Assembly (NCBI GenBank): GCA_951406725.2
Contig: OX597820.1
Span: forward strand, 103,912,001-103,976,000
Direction of reading: 5' to 3'
From: Octopus vulgaris
Lineage: Eukaryota
Length of the DNA stretch: 64,000 bases
Part shown: piece by piece, positions 41,197-54,649 of the stretch
How the letters are laid out: each line of letters starts with the position of its first letter
Position numbering within the stretch: position 1 is the stretch's first letter
Position numbers and translations under genes: made by a program
The notes under the pieces: model-generated
Told to the model about the DNA's origin: nothing
Seen by the model: only the letters and a program-made list of their open reading frames with translations
Database searches by the model: none

Positions 41197-41659
41197 AAAA
41201 GGAGCCTCTCTCAACAACAAGACAAACAAAAATTTCGATGATTGCCTATATGGTAACCAAAGCAATAATGAGTGTTTTTTAAAAAAATCCATTATAAGCA
41301 TTGCCATCAAAAATGGATAGTAGGAGGAAGTAAAAATAGGTAGGGGACATTATGTTTGGTGTATGTATAGAAATGTGTGGGTGTGTGCTTGTGTTAATGG
41401 GTGCGTGTGTTTGTGTGTGAGAGAGAGAGACATAGGATAATTCATTCACCTACTTATATATATATATATATATAAATAATAAATATTAGGGAATAAATCC
41501 AAATTTACAGGGAAAAAATCAGATTTAGGATTAAATCCAATTTTATAGTAAAATATTATATAATATTTTTTACTTTTTATTTTTTACTTTTTATTAAAAT
41601 GTTATGTATTGATTAAGTCTTTCCTTGTTTGTTTTACAAAATAGTGGTTTTGTCTCTAA

Positions 41660-42118
<459 letters not shown>

Positions 42119-42337
42119 ATATTTATTTTTATCTTTCTTTTTACTTGTTTCAGCCATTTGTCTGTGGCCATGCTGGAGCACTGCTTATAGTCAAGCAAAT
42201 CGAACCCAGGACATATTCTTTGTAAGCCTAGTACTTATTCTCTTGGTCTCTTTTGCCAAACCGCTAAGTTACGGGGATGTAAACACACCAGCATCGGTTG
42301 TCAAGCAATGTTGGGGGACAAATACACACAAACATAT

Positions 42338-42387
<50 letters not shown>

Positions 42388-42594
42388 GACGATTTTGTAA
42401 AAATTAGAATTTTATCTGATAACCTATCATATTGATCATAACAAGCAATATCTTCGGGAATTGGGCAGATTGGCAGTCTCAAAGATCAATGGTTGGTATC
42501 CTGTTATAGGACATCAATTGTTTTGAGTGCAAAGATAATTACCATTTAACATTTAAGCCAGCCATCTCCAGCTCATATATTCTACCTTCCCTTA

Positions 42595-42838
42595 CCTTCC
42601 TAAATTCAGCTGCCCACTTTTGTACTTTTGATAAAACTGGAGTGTCATACTCTAATGTAGCAATCATGTCAACACAAATGTCCTTGGACATTTCTGCAGG
42701 TATTTGATAACATCATGATGATAACTTATTTTCATGAGAAGTCACAAATAGTTAATTAAGAAGTCTTTTTTGAACAGTCAGTTGTCAGTTTACCTGAAAA
42801 GAAACAATGCATATAAACTTTTCAGTCCACCCACATAC
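42595..42838 (-). mobile_element. Mariner 5' fragment
   Basis: TIR-like tatgtgggtggactgaaaagtt, and minus-strand MIATLEYDTPVLSKVQKWAAEFRK (mariner HTH region). Confidence 0.6.
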
Positions 42839-43979
42839 AAACTTTAGCCAATTCAAACATAATATTAATTCCACTAAACTGTTATCCATTTACTTCAATT
42901 TATTGAATGCTGTTGAACTTCCCATGGCAAATATTTATTTATTTTGGCAAGGCATAAGTTCAGTTTTTGTAGATGTGGAGTATAGATGATTGAAATGTGT
43001 GAATTCTATCACTGATTCATGCTTTTTTGTCCCTTCAGGGATTAAAAAGTAAAAGCAGGCATTTATTCCAATATTTGGCTATTGGACAAAACCTCCATCA
43101 CAAAATATATGCTACAATGCTGGATTCATAAATGATCAGTTTTCTTCTCCGTTCTTTTTTTACACCAGCCATTGCCTCTCTAAATTGGTTATTTACACTC
43201 TACTCCTACTACATCATTGCACCTGTTTTTCATTCTTGTGTCATCACAATCAGATATTGCTTTTATATACCATGTTTCGTCATAACTTTTCAGACTGTAA
43301 CTCCCTGCAAATCTGTCTCTGCCTATACTGTTGTTCATGTTGCTTAGACCCAGGTAAATACTGAGCTGACCCATGATCAAACATATTCCAGGTGTGACCA
43401 TCCCATATTTTAAGGTTATTTAGAACATCATCCAATGAGTTTAGGGAGACTCTAGCAATTTGAGTACATGATTCATATCTCTCTCTCTCTCTCTTTCTCT
43501 CTCCCTCTCTCTTTCTCACACACACTCTCTCTCTCTCTCTCTCTCTCCCTCTCTCTCTTTTTCTCTCTCTGCAAGCATTGGCTTACAGAAGTTCAAACTG
43601 AAACACAACCATCTTTGAGTAATTTGCCTCTCCATATACAACATTGCACATTTGCTTCGTTATTCTCTCAGCCCTACTCCACCTGATCCATAGAATTCTA
43701 TGCTTCACTTAATCTCCCATATTTGTTGAAATCATTAAAGTAACATTAGTCATTGAGTTAATGTTTTTTCCAACTGCATAATTATTTTCAATTAAATTTT
43801 GTTTACTCTAGAGGCAAAACCAGGCTGTGTGGTTAAGAGGTTTGCTTCCCAACCACATCATTTTGGCTTAAGTCTCACTGCATAGCTCTTTGGACACAAG
43901 TGTTTTCTATTCTACCTCCAGCTTGACCAAATCTTTGTGAGTGGATTTGGGAAATGGTAACTGAATGAAGCCTGTCGTA

Positions 43980-44066
43980 TACATATATATATAATACATA
44001 TATATATAATACATATATATATAATACATATATATATAATACATATATATATAATACATATATATA
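43980..44066. repeat. 15-bp tandem minisatellite (tacatatatatataa)n, about 6 units
   Basis: Direct reading; it lies at the microsatellite position of a CORE SINE. Confidence 0.9.
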
Positions 44067-44067
44067 T

Positions 44068-44419
44068 CATCATCATCATCATCATCGTTTAACATCCGTT
44101 CTCCATGCTAGCATGGGTTGGACGGTTCGACCGGGGATCTGGGAAGCCAGAAGGCTGCACCAGGCTCCAGTCTTATCTGGCAATGTTTCTACAGCTGGAT
44201 GCTCTTCTTAACGCCAACCACTCTGTGAGTGTAGTGGGTGCTTTTTACGTGCCACCTGCACAGGTGCCAGGCGAGGCTGGCAACGGCCACGGTCGGATCG
44301 GTGTATTTTATGTGCCACCGGCACGGAAGCCAGTCGAGGCGGCGCTGGCATCGGCCACGAGTCGGATAGTGCTTTTTACGTACCACCAGACCAGGGATCC
44401 TGGCTGGTTCAATTCGATT

Positions 44420-44420
<1 letters not shown>
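44068..44420 (-). mobile_element. RTE-associated 3' end with (GAT)n tail
   Basis: Tandem ggtggcacgtaaaaagcac motifs shared with the RTE 3' UTR at 57340-57420; ends in (gat)n on the minus strand. Related copies at about 8030-8450 (+), 46850-47040 (-) and 50020-50610 (-). Confidence 0.7.
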
Positions 44421-44457
<37 letters not shown>

Positions 44458-46853
44458 GTGTTGTATATGTGTGTTGTATGTGTATGAGTGTCTTGTTGTC
44501 ATGACATTACACAAGAGTTGTAAACGAGTGTGACCATCATACAAGTGGTGTCATCCGTTTCCAATCTTCCATAAAAATATGTCCAGCTATGAAGAAATAT
44601 TACCTTGCTTGGAAACAGGCAAGAGCTGTTGAGAGGGAGGGTAACTAGTCACATAAAGTTTTCCTTAATAAATTCCATCCAGTCCTTGCATGGAAAAGTG
44701 GACATTAAAACAGTGACAACAACAACAACAACAAATACAACGGTGACAGTGGTAGCAGTGGTGTTGACAATGATTACATTAAATGTATTAGTACTAACTT
44801 AGAACTTGAGCATAACTCATCTGGGAAAAACTACAGAAGTCATTGATGCTGACACATCTCTGACTAATCAATGATAAAAAATTTCAAAAGACTAGAAAAT
44901 CAGTCTGTGTTAAACCTTTTTATAGCAATCCACCTAACATTTTCGCTTGGTCTTACGTTATAAATTTCCTGCTTTAAAAAAATTTTGATTAAAACCTTAC
45001 ATCAAAGGGATATTTGACTACTATTTCTAGCTGAGCAATTGACCACATTGAAGCTCCTGCACTGGTTCTTACATGATGCAGTAAAAAGTTGTGGCATTGC
45101 TCCAGCACACTCCCACCTAGTTTCTGAAAAAAAAGAAATCATAGCAACAAATTCAAGTTGTAAAGATTAAAAGACATATATGTCCTCTTCTTCATCTGAT
45201 ATTAGTGTGTCATTATGTTCTGGGAAGAATCTGTTACCATAATGCCAATAGCAGAATGAAAACTAAGGAATATAAAAACAGTTGTATTTCCCAAACATGT
45301 GAAAAGTACTCAGGGTTTCGAAACTAAAGAGCAGTGAGTTGGTAGTTTGATACCATATCACTTAACACTTAACAAAACTAACAAGTGAACCTCAACATGG
45401 GTGCCCGACACGCTAGAAATAGCAGTCAAATCTCCCCCAGATATTACTCTACTGTCTTAAAAATCATGACACACTGGATACTGTGGTAATGTTGTCTTGA
45501 GTTCCCTGCATTTAAAAAAAGTTGGGATGGTCACATGGAATTTTTTTGATTATAAGTTTGCTGACTCGGGACAAGATGACAATTAAGCTATATTCACCTC
45601 TGTATACTCCAGCATAACCAGGACCAAACAATATGTTAAACTATTTAAAATTTGAAATGTCTCCCTTTCCTAAGCTGTAGTTTAAAACATTGTTTTATGA
45701 TGAAGATGGAAGGTTAACGTTAAAAAGAAAGAAAACAAACACTTGTGAGAATGTCTGTTGAAGATACATCGATAGATTTTGATGACTGATTAGGTTTGTG
45801 GTGGTTGCGTTTATAGATGTAAAGAGTATCAATCTTGTGCACCAGTGCAAAATATGACTGTTTGCTCACACACACACACACACACACACACATTCACATA
45901 CAAACAGACATAATCATGCACAAATGCATACACACACACATGCACAGTGTTGGCTCAGTCTGAATCTAATTCAAATATCAGGTAAGCTCTAGCATCGAGA
46001 TCAATAAACGAGAGCAAATGTATTTGCTGAGAAAAGATTCAATATACAGCCTCCTTCCCTCTTTCTCTCCCTCTTATCTCTCTTCTCTCTCTCTCTTTAT
46101 CTCTTAAACACATGCACTCACATTGACAGACACACTCACATGTACACACATACACACGTGCGCATACACACAGTCACACACACTCACACACAAACAAGCA
46201 TACATCTGTACAGATTTAGTAATAGCAGTTGCCTGCTTGAGGTGTGCAACAGAGTAAGAGAGTGTAATATTTGTATGTGTTCACGGTGTGTATCTATGCA
46301 GATATTTACTATATGAGGGTATACAGGTGTATTTTACACCTACGCACTTTCAAAGCTGCTTCATTGGTCTGCATTTATTTATTATACACGTATAAATAAA
46401 TATACATATCTCCAAAATGTACTCTTTTCCTTGTTTAGCCCTGGGTCAGCTCTGAGCAAGAATTCTTCCAGCCATGACCACCTCACTAGGTGTTTTTATC
46501 TTATTTCATTTTTTAAAATATTATTTATATCTAAAATCACATCTAATATATCCTTCCTTTTTCTTCTTTTCTTTTTTTTTTCAAGATAATAGTTGTGATT
46601 TGAATAAGTTTTGACTGCTATTTCTAACAGTTTGAGCAACCACATAGAGACTCCTCATGTACATGCAATAGGTGCATCTGTATAAATGGATCGATTAAAC
46701 TGTCGGGTCAAACTGACTTTCAGTGGAACATCTATATCAACAAAGCTACCTGGTATATTACAGAAGTGTTTTTCTATTGCCTTAAGTTTTTTCCTACAAG
46801 ATAAAAACACCTTCTAATACCAACCTACCCAAAACTAGCCCCTGGTCATCATT

Positions 46854-46885
<32 letters not shown>

Positions 46886-47218
46886 AGCTGGTAAGCTATA
46901 GAACTGCACCAGGCTCCACTGTCTGCTTTGGTTTGGTGTCTATGGCTGGATGCCCTTCCTAATGCCAACCATCTCACAAAGAGTAGTAGGTGCTTTTAAC
47001 ATGACACCCAAGCTTTATATGCAGCACCAGCACCAGTGGGGTCATGGAGTAACTTATAAGACAAAGACCCCAAGACTGGGAGTAGTATTAAGGGAGATGG
47101 CTTTATGTTAATCAAGCAGTGAAAGAACAACAGAGGGATAGAAATATGTGTTTTGCTTGGCTATTACAGCTTAGAAAAGGCAAGAGAGGAAAGAGACATA
47201 GAGTTAAAGAAGTTAGAG

Positions 47219-47273
<55 letters not shown>

Positions 47274-47535
47274 GAGAGAGAGAGAGATGATGATGATGGA
47301 GATGTGTTGGAACATAGCCACAAGGTACATTGGGAGTGAGAGGTAAATCTAAATGGTACAGAAGACTGGACAGAAAGAATAGGCAGCAATAGACAGAGAC
47401 GGATGGTTCATAAAAGTGTGATGGAAGTTGGTCAAAGTGTAAAGGGTACTTTTACATGCTACAGGCACAGGTGTTAGTTTGCATGACACAAATATCTTCT
47501 ACATATATATATATATATATTTTGTATATAAATAA

Positions 47536-47693
47536 AAATGGGACTCCACATACGACATATCCCTGTAATTCACATATGCAAAATAGAAGGAATAAATAAG
47601 GAAAACAAAGTCTAACGGTTTTGTTTTCGTTATTTCTTCCTTCTATTTTGCATATGTGAATTACAGGGATATGTCGTATGTGGAGTCCCATTT
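47536..47693. repeat. Near-perfect 158-bp hairpin next to (TA)n
   Basis: aaatgggactcc...aatagaaggaa pairs with ttccttctatt...ggagtcccattt; the outer ~55 bp match without mismatch by eye. Confidence 0.85.
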
Positions 47694-48462
47694 GTAGAAA
47701 ATAGAAATAAACAGTCTTTGACTGCTATTTCTAATTTTTTCGGTATGCGGCTAAGCAACCTGTTGCCTGCCTCTTTTATTTATACACAATATATACTGAA
47801 CTTTACAGAAGTTCCTACCGTTAATGGTTATATTTACATGCTGAAATCTACCAGTAAATAATTGTTGGTTTTTTTAAAAACCATTAAAGATATTATTTGC
47901 TCTTATTATATATATATATATGTGTGTATATGTAAATATATATGTATGTATATGTATATATGTGTGTGTGTGCCTTTGTGCCTATGTTTGTCCCTCTCAC
48001 CACTTGACAACCAGTTTTCATTCGTTTAAATTCCTAGAATTTAGTGGATTGGTATAAGAAGCCGATAGAGTAAGAACCAGATTTAGATAAATAAATACTG
48101 GAGTTGATCTGGTCAGATAAAGCACTTCAAGGCCCCAGCATGACTGCAGTCCAATCACTAAAACAAGTAAAAGATAAAAGATAGTATGCTTTATCTTCAC
48201 AAGATCTACTCCATTTAAGATATATTACTGTATTATCGTTAACAACTAAATGTTACATGCAGATGGTGCATACAAATAAATCCTTATTTGAATGTTTGAG
48301 GTCATGTGGACATCAGCTTATGCTTTGATTATAGAAAGTAGTTACTGGGAACAGAGCAGTTGCACAGGGTGGCATTTTGATGATTAATTGTTTTTGTCAC
48401 TAATATCATTGTTTTAATCTCCATGTTTCCAAGCTTGCATGGGTCAGACAGAAACCATTGGA

Positions 48463-49065
48463 AAGGTGGTAAGCTGGTAGAAACGTTAGCACACCGGGTG
48501 AAATGCTTAGCGGTATTTCATCTGCCGCTACGTTCTGAGTTCAAATACCGCCGAGGTCGACTTTGCCTTTCATCCTTTTGGGGTTGATTAAATAAGTACC
48601 AGTTGTGCACTGGGGTCGATGTAATCGACTTGATCCGTTTGTCTATCCTTGTTTGTCCCCTCTATGTTTAGCCCTTTGTGGATAGTAAAGAAATAGATAT
48701 TTCATCTGCTGTTACATTCTGAGTTCAAATTCCGCCAAGGTCGATTTTACCTTTCATCCTTTTGGGGTTGATTAAATAAGTACCAGTTGTGTACTGGGGC
48801 CGATGTAATCGACTTGATCCGTTTGTCTGTCCTTGTTAGTCCCCTTTGTGTTTAGCCCCTTGTAGATAGTAAAGAAATAGGTATTTCATCTGCCATTATG
48901 TTCTGAGTTCAAATTCTGCTGAGGTTGACTTTGCCTTTCATCCTTTCGGGGTCGATAAATTGAGTATTAGTTACACACTGGGGCCGATGTAATCAACTTA
49001 ATCCCTTTGTTTGTCCTTGTTTGTTCCCTCTATGTTTAGCCCCTTGTGGGTAATAAAGAAAAATT
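48463..49065 (+). mobile_element. Trimeric SINE array under a single TSD
   Basis: One head plus three bodies of about 184 bp. TSD gaaaccattg at 48451-48460 and 49066-49075. Confidence 0.88.
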
Positions 49066-50137
49066 GAAACCATTGAAGTAGATATTTCTACAACTGATGC
49101 TCTTCCTGTTACTAGCCCTTAGTTGTTTACAAGTAAGGTAATATTCTCTATGATTAGACATATTTCCATCGAAGATTGGAAGCGAATAACATAGCTTGTA
49201 TGACGGTGATGCTTGTTTACAACTATCACACAACGTCAAGACAAGAAGACACAAACACACATATATACACAATGAAATGCTCCCAGCACTCTTTGTAAAG
49301 TAATTGGTATTAGGAATGGCATTCGGTGCTAGAAACCATGCCAAATGAATTGTATGAGCAAAGAGTGGACCCTTGACCCATCTAAGTGACTCTGAGTAGG
49401 AAGTATTCCAACAGTAACAATTCAATTCATGCCAGCATGGAAAATGGACATAAAATGATGATGATGATACACATTAGATTTTACAATTCTTGTGTTTGCA
49501 GCAGTTCACTGTGAGTTATTGCTCAAAGAATGCAAGAGGTACTCATAGATGTCTCATATTATTCTAAGTTCTTCACCTTCAACTGTTGTTTCACAAATAT
49601 TAACCTATTGGTATGGTGAGGTGACTGAAACACCTTAGTTCTCAATGTAAGCAATTTTGCGACCGATTAACTCATATTTTCATATAAAGGAAAGAATCTC
49701 ATGAAAAAAAAATTTTTTTTTTCCTCTTTCAAATCGTTATAGACTAGCAAGTGACTCAGAACGTTATGTTATTTATATAGCTTTAATATTTAATATCTCA
49801 TTATCATCCTACATTTGCAGACAGCCTGTTTCAATTCACCATGCCAACTCAGTGCAGGGTGTCAAATAATCAATGAATGCTATCAAATTCAAATAGCTCA
49901 AGACAAATGAATATTACGTAGATGGTACTTATGTTTGTTTCAAAGTGAAGGAGAGAGAAAGAGAAAATGGAGACAGGTCCACAAATAGTCTAAGCTATAT
50001 ATAAATGCATATGCACGCAATCATCATCATCATCATCATCTAATGTTCATTTTTCATGCTGGCATGGGCTGGATGGTTAGACCAGAGCTGGTAAGGCCAA
50101 AGGCCACACCACGCTCCATTTTTTTATTACTCTATGG

Positions 50138-50356
50138 CAGTGGTTCTCAACCAGGGTTCCGCGGAACCTTAGGGTTCTGCCAGTACAGTGCAGGGGTTCT
50201 GCAAGAAGTTACAAAACTGCTAAAATCAGCAGTAATTTTTAATTCTCCTGTGCAGATATGTGTGCATAAGACTATTAAAATATTGCGCAGGGGTTCCTTG
50301 AGCCAGTGGAATGTTTCCTTGGGGTTCCGCCCCAGCAAAAAGTTTGAAAAGCACTG
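50138..50356. mobile_element. hAT (Charlie-like) MITE with 8-bp TSD
   Basis: Termini cagtggttctcaa...ttgaaaagcactg. TSD ctctatgg at 50130-50137 and 50357-50364. Confidence 0.9.
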
Positions 50357-50846
50357 CTCTATGGTATGGTTTTTATTGTTCTAGGCCCTTCCTAATGCCG
50401 ACCACTCCATAGCATATTTATCAAGCTGGCATATTTTTCATGCTGGCATGGGCTGGATGGTTAGACCAGAACTGGTAAGGCCAAAGGCTATGTCACGCTC
50501 CATTTTTTTATTGTTCTAGGCCCTTCATAATGCCAACCACTCCATAGCATATACTGAGTGCTTTTAGCATCACACCAGCAAAAACATTTTATGTGGCACC
50601 AGTACTAGCATCAATTCTGCACTATGAGCTACATATATACTCTTTATTCTTTTACTCTTTTACTTGTTTGTCATGTGACTGTGGCCATGCTGGAGCACTG
50701 CCTTTAGTCGAGCAAATCGACCTCAGGACTTAACCTTTGTAAGCCTAGTACTTATTCTATCAGTCTCTTTGACCAAACTGCTAAGTTATGGGGACATAAA
50801 CACACCAGCATCAGCTGTCAAGCAATGCTGGTGGGGACAAACACAG

Positions 50847-50893
<47 letters not shown>

Positions 50894-51032
50894 TACGATA
50901 GGCTTCTTTCAGTTTCCATCTACCAAATCCACTCAAAAGGCTTTACTTGGCCCAAGGTGCCACACAGTGATACTGAACTGGGAACCATGTGGTTCGTAAG
51001 CAAGCTACTTACTACACAGCTACTCCTACACC

Positions 51033-51104
<72 letters not shown>

Positions 51105-51367
51105 CATATATGTTTATATACATAAATCACTATCACTGTATCGACCAAACTGTCGGATGTTGCTATACACTACTCATCACAATGTGCTTCTTCACATTGT
51201 TGTAACTTACAAATGATGCCAACCTTCTAGCTAGGCAAGTAGGCCAAACATTCCCTCTGAACAGGATGGTTGACAAGGAATTGAAACCATGATCCTGTGG
51301 TCATGAGTGCAACACTCTAACCACCAGACCACACACCTTCACATATACAGACAAAATATATAATATA

Positions 51368-51930
51368 AGTGGCTGTGTGGTAAGTAGCTTGTTTACCAGC
51401 CACATGATTCGGGGTTTAGTCCCACTGCGTGGCACCTTGGGCAAGTGTCTTCTACTATAGCCTCGGGCCGACCAAAGCCTTGTGAGTGGATTTGGTAGAC
51501 GGAAACTGAAAGATGCCCATCGTATATATGTATATCCCTCTCTCTCTTTCGGAGAGGCACTGAGCAGCTATACGCACACATACACACACGGCAGTAACTT
51601 CCACCTACCGAATTCAATCACAAAGCTCCGGTCAGCTCAAGGCTGTAGTGGAAGACACCTACCCAAAATGCCATGCAGTGGGACTGAACCCAAAACCATA
51701 TGGCTATGCGTGTGTGTGTTTGTGTGTCTATGTTTGTCCCCCTAGCATTGCTTGACAACCGATGCTGGTGTGTTTATGTCCCCATTACTTAGCGGTTTGG
51801 CAAAAGAGACCGATAGAATAAGTACAGGGCTTACAAAAGAATAAGTCTCGGGGTCGAGTTGCTCGATTAAAGGCGGTGCTCTAGCATGGCCGCAGTCAAA
51901 TGACTGAAACAAGTAAAAGAGTAAAAGAGT
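51368..51930 (+). mobile_element. CORE-type SINE containing an inverted CORE fragment
   Basis: Head 51368-51525, inverted partial copy about 51595-51700, tail 51710-51930. Confidence 0.75.
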
Positions 51931-52084
51931 ATTTTATATGATGGAATATTTATATAGTCTACCGGTTTTGTGTTTTGCTAATCATGACTGGGAAATTGGT
52001 GAAAATATTGCGATTTTGGAGTTTTTAGTCCATATAAAGAAATCTAAAAGAAAGTAATAAAAATAAACCTTTTTTTCTATAACG

Positions 52085-52760
52085 TTATTCTATAAAGCCA
52101 TCTTCAACTTCAACAACTGCTTCTATAGGAGATCTAAATTATCTACATGCTTGAATCAAGTGGTCCTGGTTCAGTTTGGACATCACTTTGGCTATGGCAG
52201 CTTTCATAGAATCTTTGGTGTTATGGGCTTGTTCATTGACCTCTCTCTCAACCACGCTCCACGTGGGATAGTCCAATGGATTGAGATCTGAGGAATTAGG
52301 AGGCCAAATGTTAGGGGTTATGTGATCACAAAAATTTTCAGTCATCCATTCCTGTGTTACTAGAGCCTTGTGTAATACTGTAGAGTCTTACTGAAACACA
52401 TATAGCCTTCCATTGCATACACTGTCTATCCAGGGCTTAAATATTATTTCCAGAACCTCAATGTAGGCGGCAGAGTTAACTCTAAGGCCTTGTAGGAAGA
52501 AGTAAGGAGGCATCACATGTCCTTCGTTGCTGACAACCTCTAAAACCATGACAGTTGCAGGAAATTTTGTATGCATAACACTTGGAACTTCAGAACTATG
52601 CTCAGCCTTTATAACCACAATAACAGCATCCTCTTCATTCCTTGAGTAATCTGAGGGTCTGCCATTATTATTTTCTGAAACAAAGATTATACAGAGTTAG
52701 CAAAAAATGCAGCAATGACCCAAAAAAGGTATGTCCTCAAATACCTTACACACCCTGTGT
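52085..52760 (-). mobile_element. maT (DD37D) Tc1/mariner-superfamily remnant
   Basis: TKFPATVMV...YIEVLE...VFQ*DSTVLHKA...WPPNSSDLNPLDY. I count 37 residues between the second and third catalytic D. One TIR-like end cagggtgtgtaagg at about 52758; internally deleted. Confidence 0.85.
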
Positions 52761-53413
52761 ATATGCAAATATTTATGTATGTGTGTGTGTGTGTTTGTGT
52801 CTGTGTTTGTCCCCCTGCCATCACTTGAAAACTGATGTTGGTGTATTCACGTCCCCAAAACTTAGTAGTTCGGCAAAAGAGATCAATAAAATAAGTACCA
52901 GGCTTACAAAGAATAAGTCTTGAGGTTGATTTCTTCGGTGGTGCTCCAGCATGGCTGCAGTCAAATGACAGAAACAAGTAAAAGAATAAAAGAATAAATT
53001 ACTATTATTATTATTATCATTATTGAGTGAGAGAGCAGTGCATGCCATCAAAGTGACACTAGGGTACAATTGTATGAAGCCCAGTATACCCATCATGACT
53101 ACCCGTCTGATAAGAGTACACCAGGCACATGCATCACAACCACATGTGCACAACATAGTGATCTCATATCAAGATAAACAGCACATGACCTTGCAGGTGG
53201 GGCCCAGTTAGAATTTTCTTCAGGTTGAGTATCCCACCCCACTCAAAATCTTTGAATATGGTTTGTTTAAAGATGATGAACAAAACACCCATGTTTCCAG
53301 AGCTGAATTATTCAAATCCCAAAGAATTCCTCTCAACACATGGCTATGATGCTCACTCCCACACCACTTCGGCTCATGATCAGAGATGCCCATATTGTCA
53401 GCCACCAATAATG

Positions 53414-53451
<38 letters not shown>

Positions 53452-53934
53452 CATAATGAATTATTGTATACAGTGCTTGTATACACCGCCGCTGCTGCTT
53501 ACAGCAACTACATCTACAAGAACAAGAACAACAACAACAACTACAACAATGCTACTACTACTACTACTAATAATAATAATAATAATAATGTTCAACTGGT
53601 TAAGGTCAAGTAACTGACAAGCAAATTTGTGGTATTGAGCAGAATATTCATTGTAGCCATCTTTTATACCTATTTCTTTATTACCCACAAGGGGCTAAAC
53701 ATAGAGGGGACAAACAAATGGATTAAGTCGATTACATCGACCCCATTGCTTAACTGGTACTTTATTTATCGACCCCGAAAGGATGAAAGGCAAAGCCGAC
53801 CTCGGCAGAATTTGAACTCAGCCACTTAGTATTTCACCCGGCACGCTAACGCTTCTGCCAACAATGTACATGATACCACTTCCAATCAGTTAAGATCAAA
53901 AGCGATGAGAGCCACTGCCTGGTATTGCATATTA

Positions 53935-54535
53935 TTACTATTATTCGACACTTGATAACTTCAGGCAAATTCCTACTGCATCACCTGCTACACCTCTGCA
54001 TTAATGAAGCATGTACAACATTGTGTGCTCTTTTTTGTTGTTGAGGGAGTTCAAGCTCAGTTTGTGTTGTTCTCAGGTCTGGTTGTAGTCTTTTGTTGTA
54101 TCAGTGTCTCTATTGTGTGGTGTCTTTATAATATGAGTTGTGTTCTTCATCTGGGTATCCAGCTTGTAGAGTACATGTGGGGTTTGTTTATTTTATTGGA
54201 TATTTAATGCATAGAGTGTGTCTTGAGTTTGTGGATTGTTTTATTTGGGTTGTACTATTGAATTGAAAGTATCTTGCATAGGATGTGGGCTGTTCCAAGC
54301 AGGGCTGTTTTTTGGATAGTGTGTAGTGTTGAGAGTCCAGGTATAGCTTCTACATTTTCGTTCATACCTTTTTAAATGATACCCAATGTTCCAATTATTA
54401 CTAGTATTGTTCCCTCCTTCATGCCCCATATTGTGAATATTTCAGTTTCAAGGTCTTTGTACTTAAACAATATCTCCACTTCTTTTTGGGCAGTATTTTG
54501 GTCAGAAGGAACTGCAATGTCTATCAGTAGGTAGG
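53935..54535 (-). mobile_element. 3' fragment of a restriction-like-endonuclease (R4/Dong-type) LINE
   Basis: LIDIAVPSDQNTAQKEVEILFKYKDLETEIFTIWG...VIIGTLGII, followed after a frameshift by QKTALLGTAHIL; AAT-type tail. Confidence 0.8.
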
Positions 54536-54649
54536 GGTCAGCTGGCAGAATCGTTAGCACACTGGGTAAAATGCCTAGTAGTATTTTACCTATCACTATG
54601 TTCTGAGTTCAAATTCCTATAAGGTCAGCTTTACTTTTCATCTAGGGTC

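Noticed and set aside
48514-49060. Regular repeats resembling a CRISPR array or tRNA cluster
   Set aside because: The units are ~184-bp SINE bodies with no unique spacers, in a eukaryotic context with no cas genes.
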